The notes: generated by a model from the sequence alone, not told the origin. Shown: positions 1 through 13,234, counted from the whole stretch's first letter. The stretch is 54,762 nt of DNA, filler included, from Diploschistes diacapsis (GCA_023645945.1; 5 parts of 5 records of this genome joined end to end with filler, not necessarily neighbours in it), one strand, 5' to 3'. Numbers and translations are program-made.

Positions 1-2121
1 CTCCTCCTCCTCCTCCTCCTACCGTACCGGCCACGGGGTACGACGACGACCTCCCTGGTTCCGGTGGAGGCGAGGGTCTCCGCTTGGGCGAGCGCTTGGG
101 GGCCGCGGGCGGCAGGTCGCTGTCCGAGTGCTCGTCGTCGGCGACGGTCGAGGATTCGCGGTTCAGGAGTGCCTGCCGCGCTGCCTCCTGCGCGTGCTGG
201 CTGTGGTTCGAGTTGTGCCTCCTTGCGCTCAGCGACCGGGTTGGCGGACTGGGCCGGTTGCTGCCGCTGCTGTAGCCTTCCTCCCACGGACTGTCGGGGG
301 CGCTCGCTTTGCCGTTGACGTTGTTGAGCTTCAGGTTGAAGTCGCCCCTCGTCGGCGTGTGCCCAAAGGCGGTGCCGCCCCTCTTGTAGTAGGTGCCGTT
401 GGCCGCGACCTCAACGTCGAATTCGTCGTCTGAATCGACTTCTTCGACGACGCCTGTTCTTATTCCCATGATCTCCAACATTCGAGATGTCGTCCCTCCA
501 AAAATGATGATTGTAAGCACGACGACCACAAGGATTGTAGCTTGTAGCGCCCTGACATTGTCAAGAGGCCCCTTCAATCCCGCCGCAAGTGCTATACCAA
601 CCGCTCCACGCAGGCCGGCCCAGAAGAGCATCACTTGATAAGAGTGGGGGAGCTCATTGGCGGCTTCCTCGCCCTTTCTTCTGGCGCGGAACCGTATCAC
701 GGAATTGATCAGGTAGGACAATGGGAACACGGCAGCATATCTTGCCATGCAGACGCCAAGCATCGTCACTAGAATAAAAGGCACTCTGAAATTAAGCCTA
801 CCGTCTGTGAAAAGTGTGAGCCCCAAGTAGATGAAGATGAAGTTCTCTGTGAGCTGTGCCAGCACCTGGAAGACGAATTTGGTGGTAAGTTGCGTTCTGC
901 GAGACATGTTGTAATATGCATAGTGCTTCAACGTTATTCCACAGAACAGGAGAGAGACGATGCCTAGCCCAAATTAACTTAGGGAAACTTATGTTTGAGA
1001 GCACCCGATCTTACCCGACATGCCGATTGCGTTGGCGAAGAAGTAACTCGCATATGCGATCAGAATGACAAGACAGCTCTCGGTCTTTGGGGAGCGGCGC
1101 ACATGTGTGAACTTCAAGCCCAGCGTTGTAAGGATTCCAACAGCAACCCCTATAAGCAAACTACCGAGGAAAACAAGCAAGAAGATCCCGACAGCTTCGA
1201 ACAAAGTGAATATACTGAGCGACCCTGCTTGCTTGTCCCCATCGGCATCGGGTATGTATTTTTGTGCTGTTTCGAAAAGCACAATGGCGATGGCGTCGTT
1301 AAGAATAGACTCACCAAAGATCACCGTGTAAAGCTTCGGATCCACTTTGTAGGCGTTGAATATGGCTAGGATAGTTACCGGGTCTGTGGCGGACAGTGTG
1401 GCGCCTACCGAGAAGGCCTCCAGAAAGGAAATCGAGAAACCATATATTGGCAGCCGTGTCCATAGCCATAGCAGACCGCCTAGAACGACAGCAGATATGA
1501 ATGTGCCGGCAAAAGCGAATGTCAGGATCGGGCCTATATAGCGGAAGAAGTTCGCCTGCATAGTTGTTAGATGATGTCCCCCGCCTGAAACTTTAACTTT
1601 TGTACCTGATGTAGCTCATACCCGGATGCTAGGATGATAGGAGGAAGAAGGAGGTTGAAGAAGATTTGGTAATCGAAACTGACGACGCTTTGAACGAAGG
1701 AACTCGATGTCATGCGTAATATGAACCCGACGATCATTCCTGGAGCCCCTGTCAACCGAGTATTTCCAGAAGCACCTCGGAGTTGCTACCTACCAGCGAA
1801 TATTGAAAGAACAGTCTCATGGACCGCTTGTATCTTCCTCTGTTGTAATATGTAGCTCATGAAGAGGGCGACAATGAGAAGACATATCAGAATGAAGAGT
1901 GCAAGAGAAGAGAACTGCTCTTTCTCTCCGGCTTGAGGTGCTGCGGAGCTGTTAACGATTGTATCGTTGTCTTGGCTTTGTCCGAACATACCCTGATCAG
2001 GATCGGCATCCTCGGTAGCCCGCTCTGCAGGTACAGAGTCAGTATACTTTGTGTCAATGGGGGGTCAATCTGTTTGCCTACTCAATAGCTCAAAGGCCAC
2101 GCCGGTGACTGCTGCGGCCAT
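1..2121 (-). CDS. NHX1: Endosomal/prevacuolar Na+(K+)/H+ exchanger, multi-exon, 3' end runs off the contig
   Basis: ATG at 2121 (MAAAVTGVAFELL) followed by GT-AG introns. Exons encode CPA1-type exchanger motifs FFNLLLPPIILASGY, SATDPVTILAIF, FGESILNDAIAIVLF, WAGLRGAVG. The low-complexity C-terminal tail reaches a poly-Gly run (CCT repeat, 1-20) with no stop before position 1. Confidence 0.95.
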
Positions 2122-2910
2122 GCTGGCCTGTAGCTGTTGGAAGAGAGATTTTGGTTATCGTCGTGAGTTTTCTGTTGTTGGTGCCATGGCAGATGGAGAA
2201 TTATCGCCTTACGATTATTAAACATCAATGAGAAAGGCCAAATTGAAATCGTGGATCTAGGCTAGTTGAAGATCGGTCTTGCGGTCTCTTATTGCGGAAC
2301 AACAAACTTGAACGAGGCATTCGCTAAGAGGTCCTGGTCCGCTTCATCTCTAGCCAATCACAAACGGTTCCGCGCCCCAATATGTCTCCATCAAGGTGAA
2401 TTCCGAGTATCAAAGTCATCTCGAGAATCAACTACCAGGTCTCGTGTGAGGACGTAGTTAATTATCGACGAAGCTATATTCGCCCGAGTAAAGAAGCGCA
2501 CAGAAACTCGCATGTAGCTAAAAGTAACTGGCTTCATAGACTGATCGTCTTGATTCACTATGCAGAGAGCTTGAGAACTAGGGCTTAATGCTATACACAT
2601 AATTGCCGCTCCTGATACTGCATCTATACAGTGTACAAGATCTTTGCTCCTTTTCCAGACTTTAAAGCAACCGCGCAACTTCTCTTCGATACCGCTCCAA
2701 AATTCCCCGAGCCTCGCCCAAGCTATGATACGAAAAGACAGCTATATATCTCCTTTCTAGCGCTTCAGGTACTAGCTCAGATCCGAACGCTCGACTTTCA
2801 AAAAAGACAGGGCTAATAGTACCCTTCGTAACCTAACACTGTACGCTCATTACGCATTAGAAACGCCGCGCTAATCCAATCAATGCAATGCCGCGAGTGC
2901 TGTAAGGCTC

Positions 2911-5900
2911 TTACAACGCGCCTTGGACGATAAAGTTGGGTTGGCCGTTTGGCTCTTCGCTAGGCAGCTCGAACTCGAGCTTCTCCTGCTGAGCCAGAGC
3001 CTGGGTAGAGACGATTTCTGCAAGTCGCTTGACGCGCGGCGTCTGCAGCCACGAAGGTGTGTAGGTTTCGAGGGCTGTTATAAGACGGGGATCAGCGATT
3101 TCGTAGGGTCCGCTATCCTCCATATCTACCGCCTGGAGGAGAAGGACATCGCTCTTCTCTGTGACCCGAGACGCAACAGCCTTCATGATCTCGTTGTTGA
3201 TGGGTGTTTCGTAGTCTGCGACGAGGTACTGGTTCAACAACTTTTGAATCTGGTTTGGAGAAAGCCTAAGACGGATGTATTAGCACCGACATGCCGGCAA
3301 GGGAGGCGGCAACCTACATCCAGCAGATATCTTGAATAATCTCGATATCATTCAGGGTGGCTTTCTTCAGCTGAAGAAGTTTGGTCGCTTGCTATAATGA
3401 CTGTCAATGCAGACTCGCTTGGAAGTTTGAGTAGGAGCCTACCATCAAATGTTCAAGCTGCAGAGTACCCTCTGGCATATCATGACTCTTGCACCACTCT
3501 TCAATTCGCGTGATGTTGTAGTTGATCTGCAGACCTCGCTTCCACGATAAGAAGTTACGCCTCATCAACAGATCGTTGAACGCGGTAACTCCGACAAGCC
3601 TGAGGAGTTCTGTGACGGCTTGCTGGATGATGATATCCTCAAGGTAAAAGGCCTTCATGGCCTTGAAAACGTTGTTGAGCAAGCTTAGGAGGTTGTCCAT
3701 ACTGAAAGTTGGCTGGTTGTTAGTTTGCAATAGCTTGCCGAGGAATCTGCTACTTTCGACTGTCACGAAACCTGGCAATGACTGGGACTCGATGATGGCC
3801 GGTATAATCATCTTTTGCAGCTTCTTCTTCAGTACCTTCATCCATGTGTGGTAGATGTTGAATTCAAGACTCTCGAGGTCGTGCTTGACGATTTCCAGCA
3901 ACCGAGCGTACTCGTAGTTCTCATCCTTTTGCGCCACATACCAGTCTTCAGCGAGGAAGACAAAGGAAAGGATCTCGTGAACGTTAGTGAGCCAGAAAGC
4001 ACCAGGAATTAAGGCATCTTCGCCCTCGTGCTGCATGACTTCCTGCTGGATGTTGGACATGACATTCGCTAAGAACCTCTCGGACTCCTTAACAAATCCG
4101 TTATTCCACATTTCGGAAGTGACGAGATTGATAAGGTATGCGGGGAAAAGGACTTCTTTATCGCTCGGCGGAGTTGCTTGCTGTGGTGAGGGAATCTTCA
4201 GCGCCTTGATAAGACCAAGAGTGATTTCGTCGTTGAGCCCGTCCTCATCGGAGAGGATGTCGAACAGCTCCGACTCGACACTCTCCTCCGTTGGGCTCAT
4301 GCTACCGCTAACGCCATTGCTTCGGAAAGCGTTTGGCCCAGTAACGGCCATGGACATCGGACGTGGGTTAAAAGCTCCACTGCTCCGGTCGCCATCGATC
4401 CTTTCGGCACCAGCGCTCCGCCTCTTGGCCTTTTTGTGAGACACAAGATTGATGAGCCCGCTCGGCTGTGGCTGGATAGCATGTCCGTTCGTTAGCTCGC
4501 CATTGACTGGAGCAGCTCGCTTCGATAGCTCGAGCTGGTCTTGGAGATCTGCTAGCTGCTGCCGGAGCGATTTCTTTTCGTTCTCGTGGCCGACACCGGC
4601 TTCCTTGACTGTCGCCAGCTCTGCGTCCGTCTTCTTGATCGTCTCCTTGAGCGTCCTCTCCTGTTCCTGTAGGCGCTTGACTTGAGATGCGGCTTCGTCA
4701 TGGTTTTGCTGGAGCTTATTCATCTCTTCTTCCATTGCAGCCAGACGCGCTGCAGTGATACCTGCCTGGTTTGCTTCAACCTGTAGTTCTTTGGACCGAG
4801 TTTCAAGGGCATTGTGCCGTGTCCTCCATGACTTCAGTTGACCATCGTAGTTCTCCACCTGGCTGAGTAGAGCCTTATTCTCGCGCTTGAGGGAACCGAG
4901 GGCTTGTGTAAGCTCCACGACTTTGTTTTCGAGCTTGTAGGATATTTGTTTAAGATCGCGGGCTTCTTCACGCATACCTTTGAAATCTTCTCTGGCCTTT
5001 CCTCCTCTCCATAAGCTCTGGATAATAACAACCTTCTTCCGGTACAGCTTGAAGGCCTGCATTTGCCTGCGAGATCTCCAGGAGCGCTGGATGACCAGAG
5101 CAGCATTCCCAATCCGTGCCTCCATAATGCTGCGTCTGCAAAGGAAACCTTTGGTGACCGACTGCAAAAGCATAACGTTGTTGCGAATCTCGTTGAAACG
5201 TTTTCGTTCCCTTTGAGCGCGCCAGACTGTTTGAATCATCGTCGCTGCTCTCTGCTGTTTCATTTCCTCTGCTCTCATACGTGATGCAAAAGCCCTCGAA
5301 AGCGATTGCAACGCAATGACAGAAGCGCGCGCCTCGAGGTACTTGCGCCGGTAATACTTCGCTCTTAAGTTCTTCTGGATCATAATAGCGCACGCGTTCA
5401 ATCTGTTTGTCCGAAGGTTCTCTAAGAAAGCCAGCATACCCGCACGGAAGAAAATCTTGGTAAGTCCCAGTTGGTACTTGTCCTTGCCTCGCTCCTGTGT
5501 CTGCCCTAGCGCTTTCGACAAGATAGCATCCGCCATTTCCCTTATCTCTGGCGTCCAAGTAGGTGAGGGCACTAGCATATAGTAACGTAATGCAAACTCT
5601 TCGTACGTCCATCGCGTAGGATATCCAGCAGTGCTGATCCGTACGGTCTCGAGGACACCGCAAGCTCTGAGTTGACTCAGAACCATGGGACCCTCGAGCT
5701 TCCAGGCTTCTTTGCCTTCGTTGGGTTTGATACATCGGATATAGTGAACGTCTGTCGAGTTAATCGTGGCCATGAGCTCTATCAAAGAGGATTTGAAGAT
5801 GCCACCAAGTGTTGGCTTTCGGTTCGCTCCCGCGCCTCGTTTTGTGATTCCGCCTGGCTGCTTCGTAACTGCGGCGTTGTCTTTTTCCCGGACAACCGCA

Positions 5901-7887
5901 GCCACCTCAAGAACTTCAGATAGAAACCCGTTTTTCGTCTTCCTCATCACTTCCATATGCTCATCGGGAACCGTATCTCTATTCTTCTCGATGAAGCCTT
6001 CGGATTCGTAAGTGACGTCCGTAGCGTAGTGGCATACTGTGAACGTTGAATTGCCAAACCGGGGCTTCTTGTAGAACCTTTGCTTATCTGCTGCGAAGTT
6101 ATGAAGTTTCGTTACAAAAGAGTCGTCAGACCCCATTGGTAGTCTTGATTCTTCGTCAAGTAAGGACAAGACGCCCATTTTGCCCTCAATTAGGTCGATG
6201 CAAGGCTGATTGTCTGAGAAGCTAATAAAAGTCCAGTCAATCTGCTCACGCACGTATTCCTCTTGCTCCAGCTTGAACACATGCGCGTTGAATTCTTGCT
6301 GTAGCTTTTCGTTGGCATAATTGATGCAGAATTGCTCGAACGAGTTTGTGGCGAAGTGCTCAAAACCGTATATGTCGAGCACACCGATGAAAGAGTGCAC
6401 CTGTTGTAGGATTTCCTCGGTTGCTAACGAGTAATTTATGGACTCCACTAGCCAATCGAAAAGGCACGAATATATGAATTTTGCAACAGAGTCCCTTACG
6501 ACAACAGCCTGCTGTTGCGTCAGATTTGAGACTATCTTCTCGCTTTGAGTTGTAAGCTGCTTCTTGACGGTCCATTTCGCAAAGTCGGTGGCATCTATAC
6601 CAAGAATCTTACAAGCTCGGACGAGCGCTGGCTCCGTTGCTGAAAGGGATGAGTCGGTACGCGTAGCAGTAATCTTTATGTTTCCGATATGGAGGAGAGC
6701 CGTAAGAATCCTGAATATCTCGATCTGCTTGCTAGACGACACACCGATAGTGCTTAGGGATTTCCGTGTTGCTTCGAATTCAGCCTTGTCATCTACTCCG
6801 TCGATTACTGGAGCATTCCCCTGGTTGAGGTATTCGAAATCATCAGCCGGTAAAAGGCCAAGCTCGTCTCGCTCCGCGTCAGTGGCTCCGGCAACAAGCT
6901 GGTAGAAGATGTGGTAGTTCCGTTCTTTCATTGGCTGGAAGACGAGTCTCGATCGCTCAAGGAGATAGGTCCGGATCTTTGCACCTATAATCTGCGTTTC
7001 CTTGTTGAACAGGATCTCGATGTATTTACCAAACCGCGAAGAGTTGTCGTTTCTCGTAGTCTTTGCGTTACCGAACGCCTCCATAACAGGATTAGTTGCT
7101 AGGATCTGCTCTTCTGTCTCACTCATTGCATCCGCGACACCCCTTGCACGCTTGCCTGGCTGGCCTGGTGTTTCTCTTGTTGCAAAGTATCTCATAATGT
7201 ATTTTGCGCTCACAGTCTTTCCTGCTCCTGACTCGCCGGAGACGACAATGGTTTGGTTATGCGTATCCCGCAGCATATCACTGAGAACATGTTAGCGAAA
7301 TTCAAGGCCTATGAATACGATACTGACGTGAAAGCTTCTTCAGCAATAGCGAAGAGATGTGGAGCCTGTAAGGATCTCTGCTTTCCGGCGTAGACCTGTA
7401 CCATGCCCGGCACATATAGAGAGTCTACCTTCGCGAAAGGATTCGTAGCGATAAGGACTATCCCGGAATATGTATAGATTTCCTTCTGCAGATACCGGAG
7501 CTTAATCGCTTGTAGAACTAGGCAAGTCAGTGGGCTGGGTTTCGCTAAAGTATCGATAGCATACCAGCCGGCTCATTTAGATGCGAAAGATTTGTCAAGT
7601 CGTCGCTCGCCTCCAGCATTGCCGGGTTCATTAACGGTGGAAGGCTGACCGAGTCGGACTGAAGCTCGGCCACGGTCGTCTCGATCGTCTTCGTCTGTTC
7701 GCGTAAAAGTCTCAGCAATGCTATCAACCTTTGATACAGTTTTGAGGCCTACCTCGCCATTTTCGAGCGCGAAGACGAGGACAACCTTGTCCCCATTGAT
7801 CTTCTTCGACTTGACTTCCGAAGCAACCCATCCTTCTGTCTGATCGGGCTGCCACGCCCTCGTGCCTACATCGTAGCTATGCACCAT
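2911..7887 (-). CDS. MYO2: Class V myosin (motor, IQ repeats, coiled coil, DIL cargo domain), 6 exons
   Basis: P-loop GESGAGKT, switch I NDNSSRFGK, switch II DIYGFE, IQ motifs, coiled coil, and DIL domain (FNDLLMRRNFLSWKRGLQINYN). Five canonical introns join ORFs 7573-7887, 7545-7727, 3404-7276 and 2911-3240. Confidence 0.97.
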
Positions 7888-9055
7888 CTTCCTTCTCTTG
7901 CCAGCGATGGCCTCTCGCTTTGTTCAGTCAATAGATGCTGTGCGGCATTAAGTCGTCGTTGAATGGTCACAAAGGAAACGGAGACCCAAGTTTCGGTCAA
8001 GTGCAAGCGGGTAGTAAACAGTGCTCGCTAAGGTGAATGAGACATTCAGCAGGGTCACCCAAAGGGCAATGGCGGTACAGATACGCAACAAGCAAAGAGT
8101 CTGAGTCTACCGGTCCTACGTACGGTAATAGACCAGACTATGAGGAAACATGGCGCAGGGCTCAATACAAAAATTCCAAACTAGGAGCAGGAATCCTCCT
8201 GGAACTCTCAAAAAGGTGGCCGGCCGTGTTTGATTCGGAAGAATGTTGTTGCGGTGAATGAGACTGACGAAACTAACGAAACTAGCGCATTAGACCTCAC
8301 GAGTCACGTAGTCAAATAGTATTCAGGACTACTACCTTAAACTCACCAAATCAAGTGACTGAAAAGACCCCCGGCTGGCAGCTAAAAGAAGATAAGGAGC
8401 AGCAGGGTGACCCAGTTTTTTCACGCTTAATCTGAGTGTAGATTAATTACAATTTCGTGAATCGCGTAAGAACCGGAGTTAAGGAAGCTCAGAGCCGGAA
8501 GAAGGGATATGCGAGTAATTTACAATGTATCGTAAGTCTACGCTAAATATTATGGATACAGCGTAAAGGCGGGTGTAATTTTCCGAAACAAATCTACATA
8601 ACCTGCAACTACGCCGCTACTGGTAAAGTAAGGCGTAGATGTCAGTGAAGTCCGAATTTAGTCGGAGTTGGATAGCTGAAGTCTGAGGAGCTAAAGTATA
8701 GTTATAGTCAAACACGCTCTCGGAAAGGAGCCGCTGTCGGCCTCTGTTTCAAAAAGGTGCAACCGAAGCCTGCCGGCTTTGAGATACCAAAGTCATGACC
8801 CTATCGAAAGGGCTAAGCAACAGTATATATATACGACCTCCGAGATTCTCTCCGTTTCACGATGATTAAGTTCTAAAATATCTATCTAGATAGTAGGCTT
8901 TATTGCTACTAGTCTTGTGCGATGTATGATGCTATACGATGTTGAAATGTCGTTTATACCAGGTATGAATTCATGTGAGCCGTTGAGATTTTAAACCTCC
9001 AACGCCTAGTATAGCCCCTTAAAAACGCCTAACCGAATACCAAAAGAGAAGCCAT

Positions 9056-10801
9056 TCAGTGTAATATCCTAGTCATGATACGAGCTACCCAAAGTCAGCA
9101 TGGCAGCTAGTTAGATCGAGCGTTGATACTCACAGCTCAGGATCTCTAAGCTGTCGTAGAGCTCCTGCAGATTACGACCGCTCACGTTGTTAATGTCAGC
9201 CATCAGATAGGCAACATCTCCTCTGCTGTCGGTCATTTGCTTCTCGACGTTGTGATCGCTGAGGATCTCGTTGACTATGCCAGGTTAGCACAGCACCGAG
9301 AAACTTCCTGCCAAGACCTACCTCTTCTCAAGACACCGGGAACGTTCTGGTGTATGAAGATGACTCGCACATTATTCGGCTCCTCCATAGTCAAGGACCG
9401 CAACGCCACCTCTGGCATATTGACAGCCCCTATCGTAACACCCTCGTTGACATATCGTACCAGCGCATCACTAACCTCAACTCCAATCGCGCTCTGCGCC
9501 TCCTCTGTGCTCCCTCCAATATGAGGGGTAAGGATGATATTCTTCAACCCTCTTAGATCATTGCCCCATTTGTTGAGCTCGTTATTGAAAAACGGCCCAT
9601 TGCCCGCCGGCTCGGCCGGATACACATCCAGCGCTGCTCCGGCCAGCTTCCCTGCCCTCGACGCCTCAATCAGTGCCGGGATGTCAATCACGCTTCCGCG
9701 GCTCGCATTGATCAAGTAACTTCCCTTCTTCATCTTTTCAAATTGCTGCGCGCCGATCATGTTCATCGTCTCCGGCAGCTCCGGCACATGACACGTCACA
9801 AAGTCCGCTTCGCTCAAGAGGACGTCCAGCGTAGGGACCTGCTTCGCGGAGCCCATCGCCATCAGATTCACCACATCGTAGTAAATGACCGACATGCCCA
9901 TCATTTCCGCCATCACGGACAGCTGGCTCCCAATGTGCCCGTAGCCGATAATCCCCAGCGTCTTTCCACGGACTTCCCAGCATCCGTTGGAGACCTTGTT
10001 CCACGTGCCCTGGTGCATTTCCATGGAGCGGTCGCCCAGCTGCCGCGCGAGCACGACGATTTCTGCGATGATCAGCTCCGCGACGCTGCGGCTGTTGCTG
10101 AAGGGGGAGTTGAAGACAGCGATGCCGTGCTGGGCGGCGTACTTGAGGTCGACCTGGTTAGTGCCGATGCAGAAACAGCCGATGGCGATGAGGTTCTTGG
10201 CTTCCCGGAGGACGCGCGCGTTGAGCTTGGTTTTGGAGCGGATGCCGATTACGTGGAAGTCCCTGCAGAGGTTGTAAATACGATGCTGCATATGCTTGAT
10301 GACTGAGGAAGATCCACTCATGTCCATTTCTTCCTGTCTTTAGCTTTAAGAAAGAAGGCCTAAGTAACGCGCAAAATCATTCTCTCTCCCAAGAACCACC
10401 GTTCCAGAGTCTCCGCCCCCCCTGCCCCAATCTCTTCCTTCCCCTCCCCTTTCTCTCCTAAAAATATAAAAAAGAGCAGTGAAAAAAAAAGCCCCAGCTC
10501 ACCTAATCCTCTCACAAAGCTCATCCTCGCTCAAACTCGCCTTCAAAAACTCCAACTGATATCCCTGCCTCTCCAGCGCGTCCCTGCCCGTCTTGTTAAC
10601 ATTCTCCAGCAGCAGCACTTTGATGTCCTCCGTCGCGAACGTCGTCAGCTGCTTCGCTGGCGCACCGAAGCCGCCGGAAAGGGAGGTTCCGGTCGGCGTG
10701 CGCGCGAGGCCCGAGCCGGAGAAGCTGGAGGAGGAGGAGGGGGAGGAAGAGAACGGGGATGAATGGGTGGCATAATGGAAAGAAAGGGTATCATAAGACC
10801 C
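9056..10801 (-). CDS. SER3: D-3-phosphoglycerate dehydrogenase, 5' end missing at contig edge
   Basis: Contains KVLLLENVN, GIRSKTKL, CIGTNQVDL, GYGHIGSQL, LTPHIGGSTEEAQ and a C-terminal ACT domain ending RIMTRILH* at 9056. The first visible exon follows a TTTTTAG acceptor near 10802, and the upstream exon is lost at the spacer. Confidence 0.95.
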
Positions 10802-10921
10802 TAAAAACCTATAATTATAATAAGATAAAATCTGTTTATTTATATAGTTGTTTAGTTGTTTACTAATTTCGTAACAAGCTTGTTTTTCTACCTACTTGCT
10901 TGATACTCCCTTGCTTACGAT

Positions 10922-11021
10922 NNNNNNNNNNNNNNNNNNNNNNNNNNNNNNNNNNNNNNNNNNNNTTAATTAATTAANNNNNNNNNNNNNNNNNNNNNNN
11001 NNNNNNNNNNNNNNNNNNNNN
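10922..11021. other. Artificial contig spacer (N44-TTAATTAATTAA-N44)
   Basis: Exactly 100 bp with a palindromic 12-mer giving stops in all six frames. Identical to the three other spacers. Confidence 0.98.
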
Positions 11022-11023
11022 GT

Positions 11024-11047
11024 TAGGTAGGTAGGTAGGTAGGTAGG
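11024..11047. repeat. (TAGG)n microsatellite at contig start
   Basis: About six tandem TAGG units directly after the spacer. Confidence 0.9.
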
Positions 11048-11729
11048 CACATGCAGCTGCTGCGGGTGGGGGGAGCGTTGCTTGTGTTCGAGTTTGTGCT
11101 TGTTGTGCTTGGTGTGCGGTTGATAGATAGACTTTTTGGGATTGGATTGGGATTATAGGAAGCATAGAGAAGCACGGGAGATACCGAAAGCGATGCAACA
11201 TGTACTCTAATGTTTTTGGGAGAATTGCGAGTATACTTTATCCTGGAACGGATGCATACTGTTACAGATACGAAGATAAACTCGTTCACTCTTTCGCTCT
11301 CATTCTCTCAGCGCCTCCCGTCACCTTTCACTTCCATTTCCCTTCAGACCAAGAAAAGCACCCAGCGGTTGCGGTAATGGGGCGTGGACGTGGGACCATG
11401 GCAGCAGGATGCCGACAGCAGGGGGACGGAAGCGACAAAGGGGGGAGAGAGATAGCGGAGAGCCGGTGGGAGATTGTTTCTGGGGTACGTGCGCAAGAGA
11501 CGAAGAGATTCAAAGGACAGGCAAAATCCATTCTGAACACAGGGGATGCTTTGATTGATTCCTCCCTTGTGGGTGCCGGTTACTCTGACCGTTTTTATCT
11601 TGGCAGTATGCAAAATAATATGTAGCGTTTCTACAATTATTACAACGCGACAGACCCAGTAGCAGAGTCTAAGCCCCTTTCAGATTTAGTCTCTATCAAG
11701 TAGACACTCAAGCGCTTTTTTTGTAACCC

Positions 11730-12130
11730 ATCTTTTGAAGCATCCATTTTGAAGTAGCTTTTCGAGCAGCATTTTGAAGCATCTGATGCAGGTTTTCGAG
11801 CACCTTTCGAAGCTTTTGAAGCAGCGCATTCGGCAGCGCATTTAGACCTTTCGATTATAATCCAAGTCTAAACCACCTACGCCAGTACCTCCAGCACCTC
11901 CAGCACCTCCAGCCACCCCCAACACCCCCAGCGCCGCCACCGCCCCCGCCGCCACACCTACTTTCCAGCACCAGCGCCACCTACGCCAGCACCCACAGCA
12001 CCCCCAGAACCCCCAACGTCGCTACCGACGCTGCCGCTACCGCTACCGCTACCGCTACCATCACCCTTATCAACGATTTTTCCACGTTGCGCATTCCTCA
12101 GCACCTTTCGACCCCCTACGGAGCTTTCTT
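11730..12130 (+). other. Degenerate TTTTGAAGCA/TTTCGAGCA repeats followed by a C-rich, Pro-rich frameshifted low-complexity relic
   Basis: About 6 imperfect TTT(T/C)GA(A)GC units at 11730-11825, then (CCAGCACCT)n and (GCTACC)n runs. Pro-rich text (KPPTPVPPAPPAPP, PAPAPPTPAPTAPPEPP, LPLPLPLP) moves between frames and has no start codon. Confidence 0.4.
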
Positions 12131-12374
12131 AGGGCAGCAGCATCGAGTTGTGGTAAATCTCTCATTATTGATGTGAACACATAGTGCAAGTGTCAATTAC
12201 AGCCACTCTCAATCGAGTAAGGTTATTCGGACTCGTACACACTTTTAAAAGTGACAAAACTCTTTGAGGACACTCGAACTCTGCCCACTGTTCTTTGCCT
12301 GAACATGAGTTGAGAGCCAGATCGCTCTAACTTAAACATGTATTTCCAGCTTTGATTCGTCAACGGAGGACGTC

Positions 12375-13234
12375 ATGGAGAGCTCTCTAGACGTGAAGAG
12401 CGATCAGCCAAGCCAAACAGATGATCCGAGCGGTACTCCGACGCTCGCACAGGAGGCTCCAAGTCAACGCTTTGAAAAGTTGTCCGAGTATATTTATCCA
12501 TGCCAATCTTGAGTGAAGACTAATGGGCTGCAGCTTCACCACATCACCAGTCTTCACCGTCGTGGTTGGTGGTCCTTCAGGTCAACGAACCTTCTATCTC
12601 CACGGCGAGCTCCTCTCAAAGGAATCGGATCGGTTGGCAGGGAGCATCAAAGGCAATTTCAAATAGAAAGAGTCCAAGGTCATAGAGCTTGATGAGGAAG
12701 ACCCGGACCTATTTGGGTATTTCGTGGTAGGTGCCGTCACCGCAGCCAGCGGCTTTGGCGAAGTCTCGCACACAAAACTAGGAGTACATTTATTGCAGCA
12801 AGTGGGAGGCAGTGGCAAGAAAAGATGGCATCGACGAGGGCTACTCTAAATATGTCGTACTTGCTCGGCTCTATTCCCTGGGCGACCGCTTGCAAGCTTC
12901 AACAATTCAACAAACGGTCCTACAGGCATTCGTCTCTGGCGTCTCAGATAGCCCAAATCTGCCAGCGGAAGCGATTTGCGATCTGCTAGAAATAGCCTGT
13001 GAGCAGCTCCGTGACGGAGCACAACGGGGTCCGTTACGAGCCCAGATCTTTTGGTTTGCAGCTTCGAAGATCGATAGACTACAAGCGAACCCATATTTTA
13101 GGACCATGTTGAAGAACCAGGAAGACCTTGGCAAAACCCTTTGTCTTTGGGTCGGTAATACCAATGACGCCCAACCCTCAACTTCATCCGACATGCCGCA
13201 ATACAGATTCAAACCAGAGAGCATTTATCAGTAA
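12375..13234 (+). pseudogene. BTB/POZ-domain gene, copy 1 of a tandem pair, with premature in-frame TAG at 12664-12666
   Basis: Spliced model (introns 12488-12533 and 12727-12781) reads FTTSPVFTVVVGG..TFYLHGELLSKES..GNFK*KESKVIELDEEDPDLFGYFV|EYIY..LARLYSLGDRLQ, a typical fungal BTB pattern with the stop at the F-x-E position. Confidence 0.75.

Noticed and set aside
8260..9050. TpA-rich intergenic stretches here and at 39800-41050 as RIP-mutated transposon relics
   Set aside because: No terminal repeats or TE protein motifs are visible, and I cannot compute a reliable RIP index by eye.
11022..11289. Minus-strand ORFs right of the first spacer as the missing first exon of SER3
   Set aside because: They belong to a different contig, run into a (TAGG)n microsatellite, and have no convincing donor or similarity to SER3.
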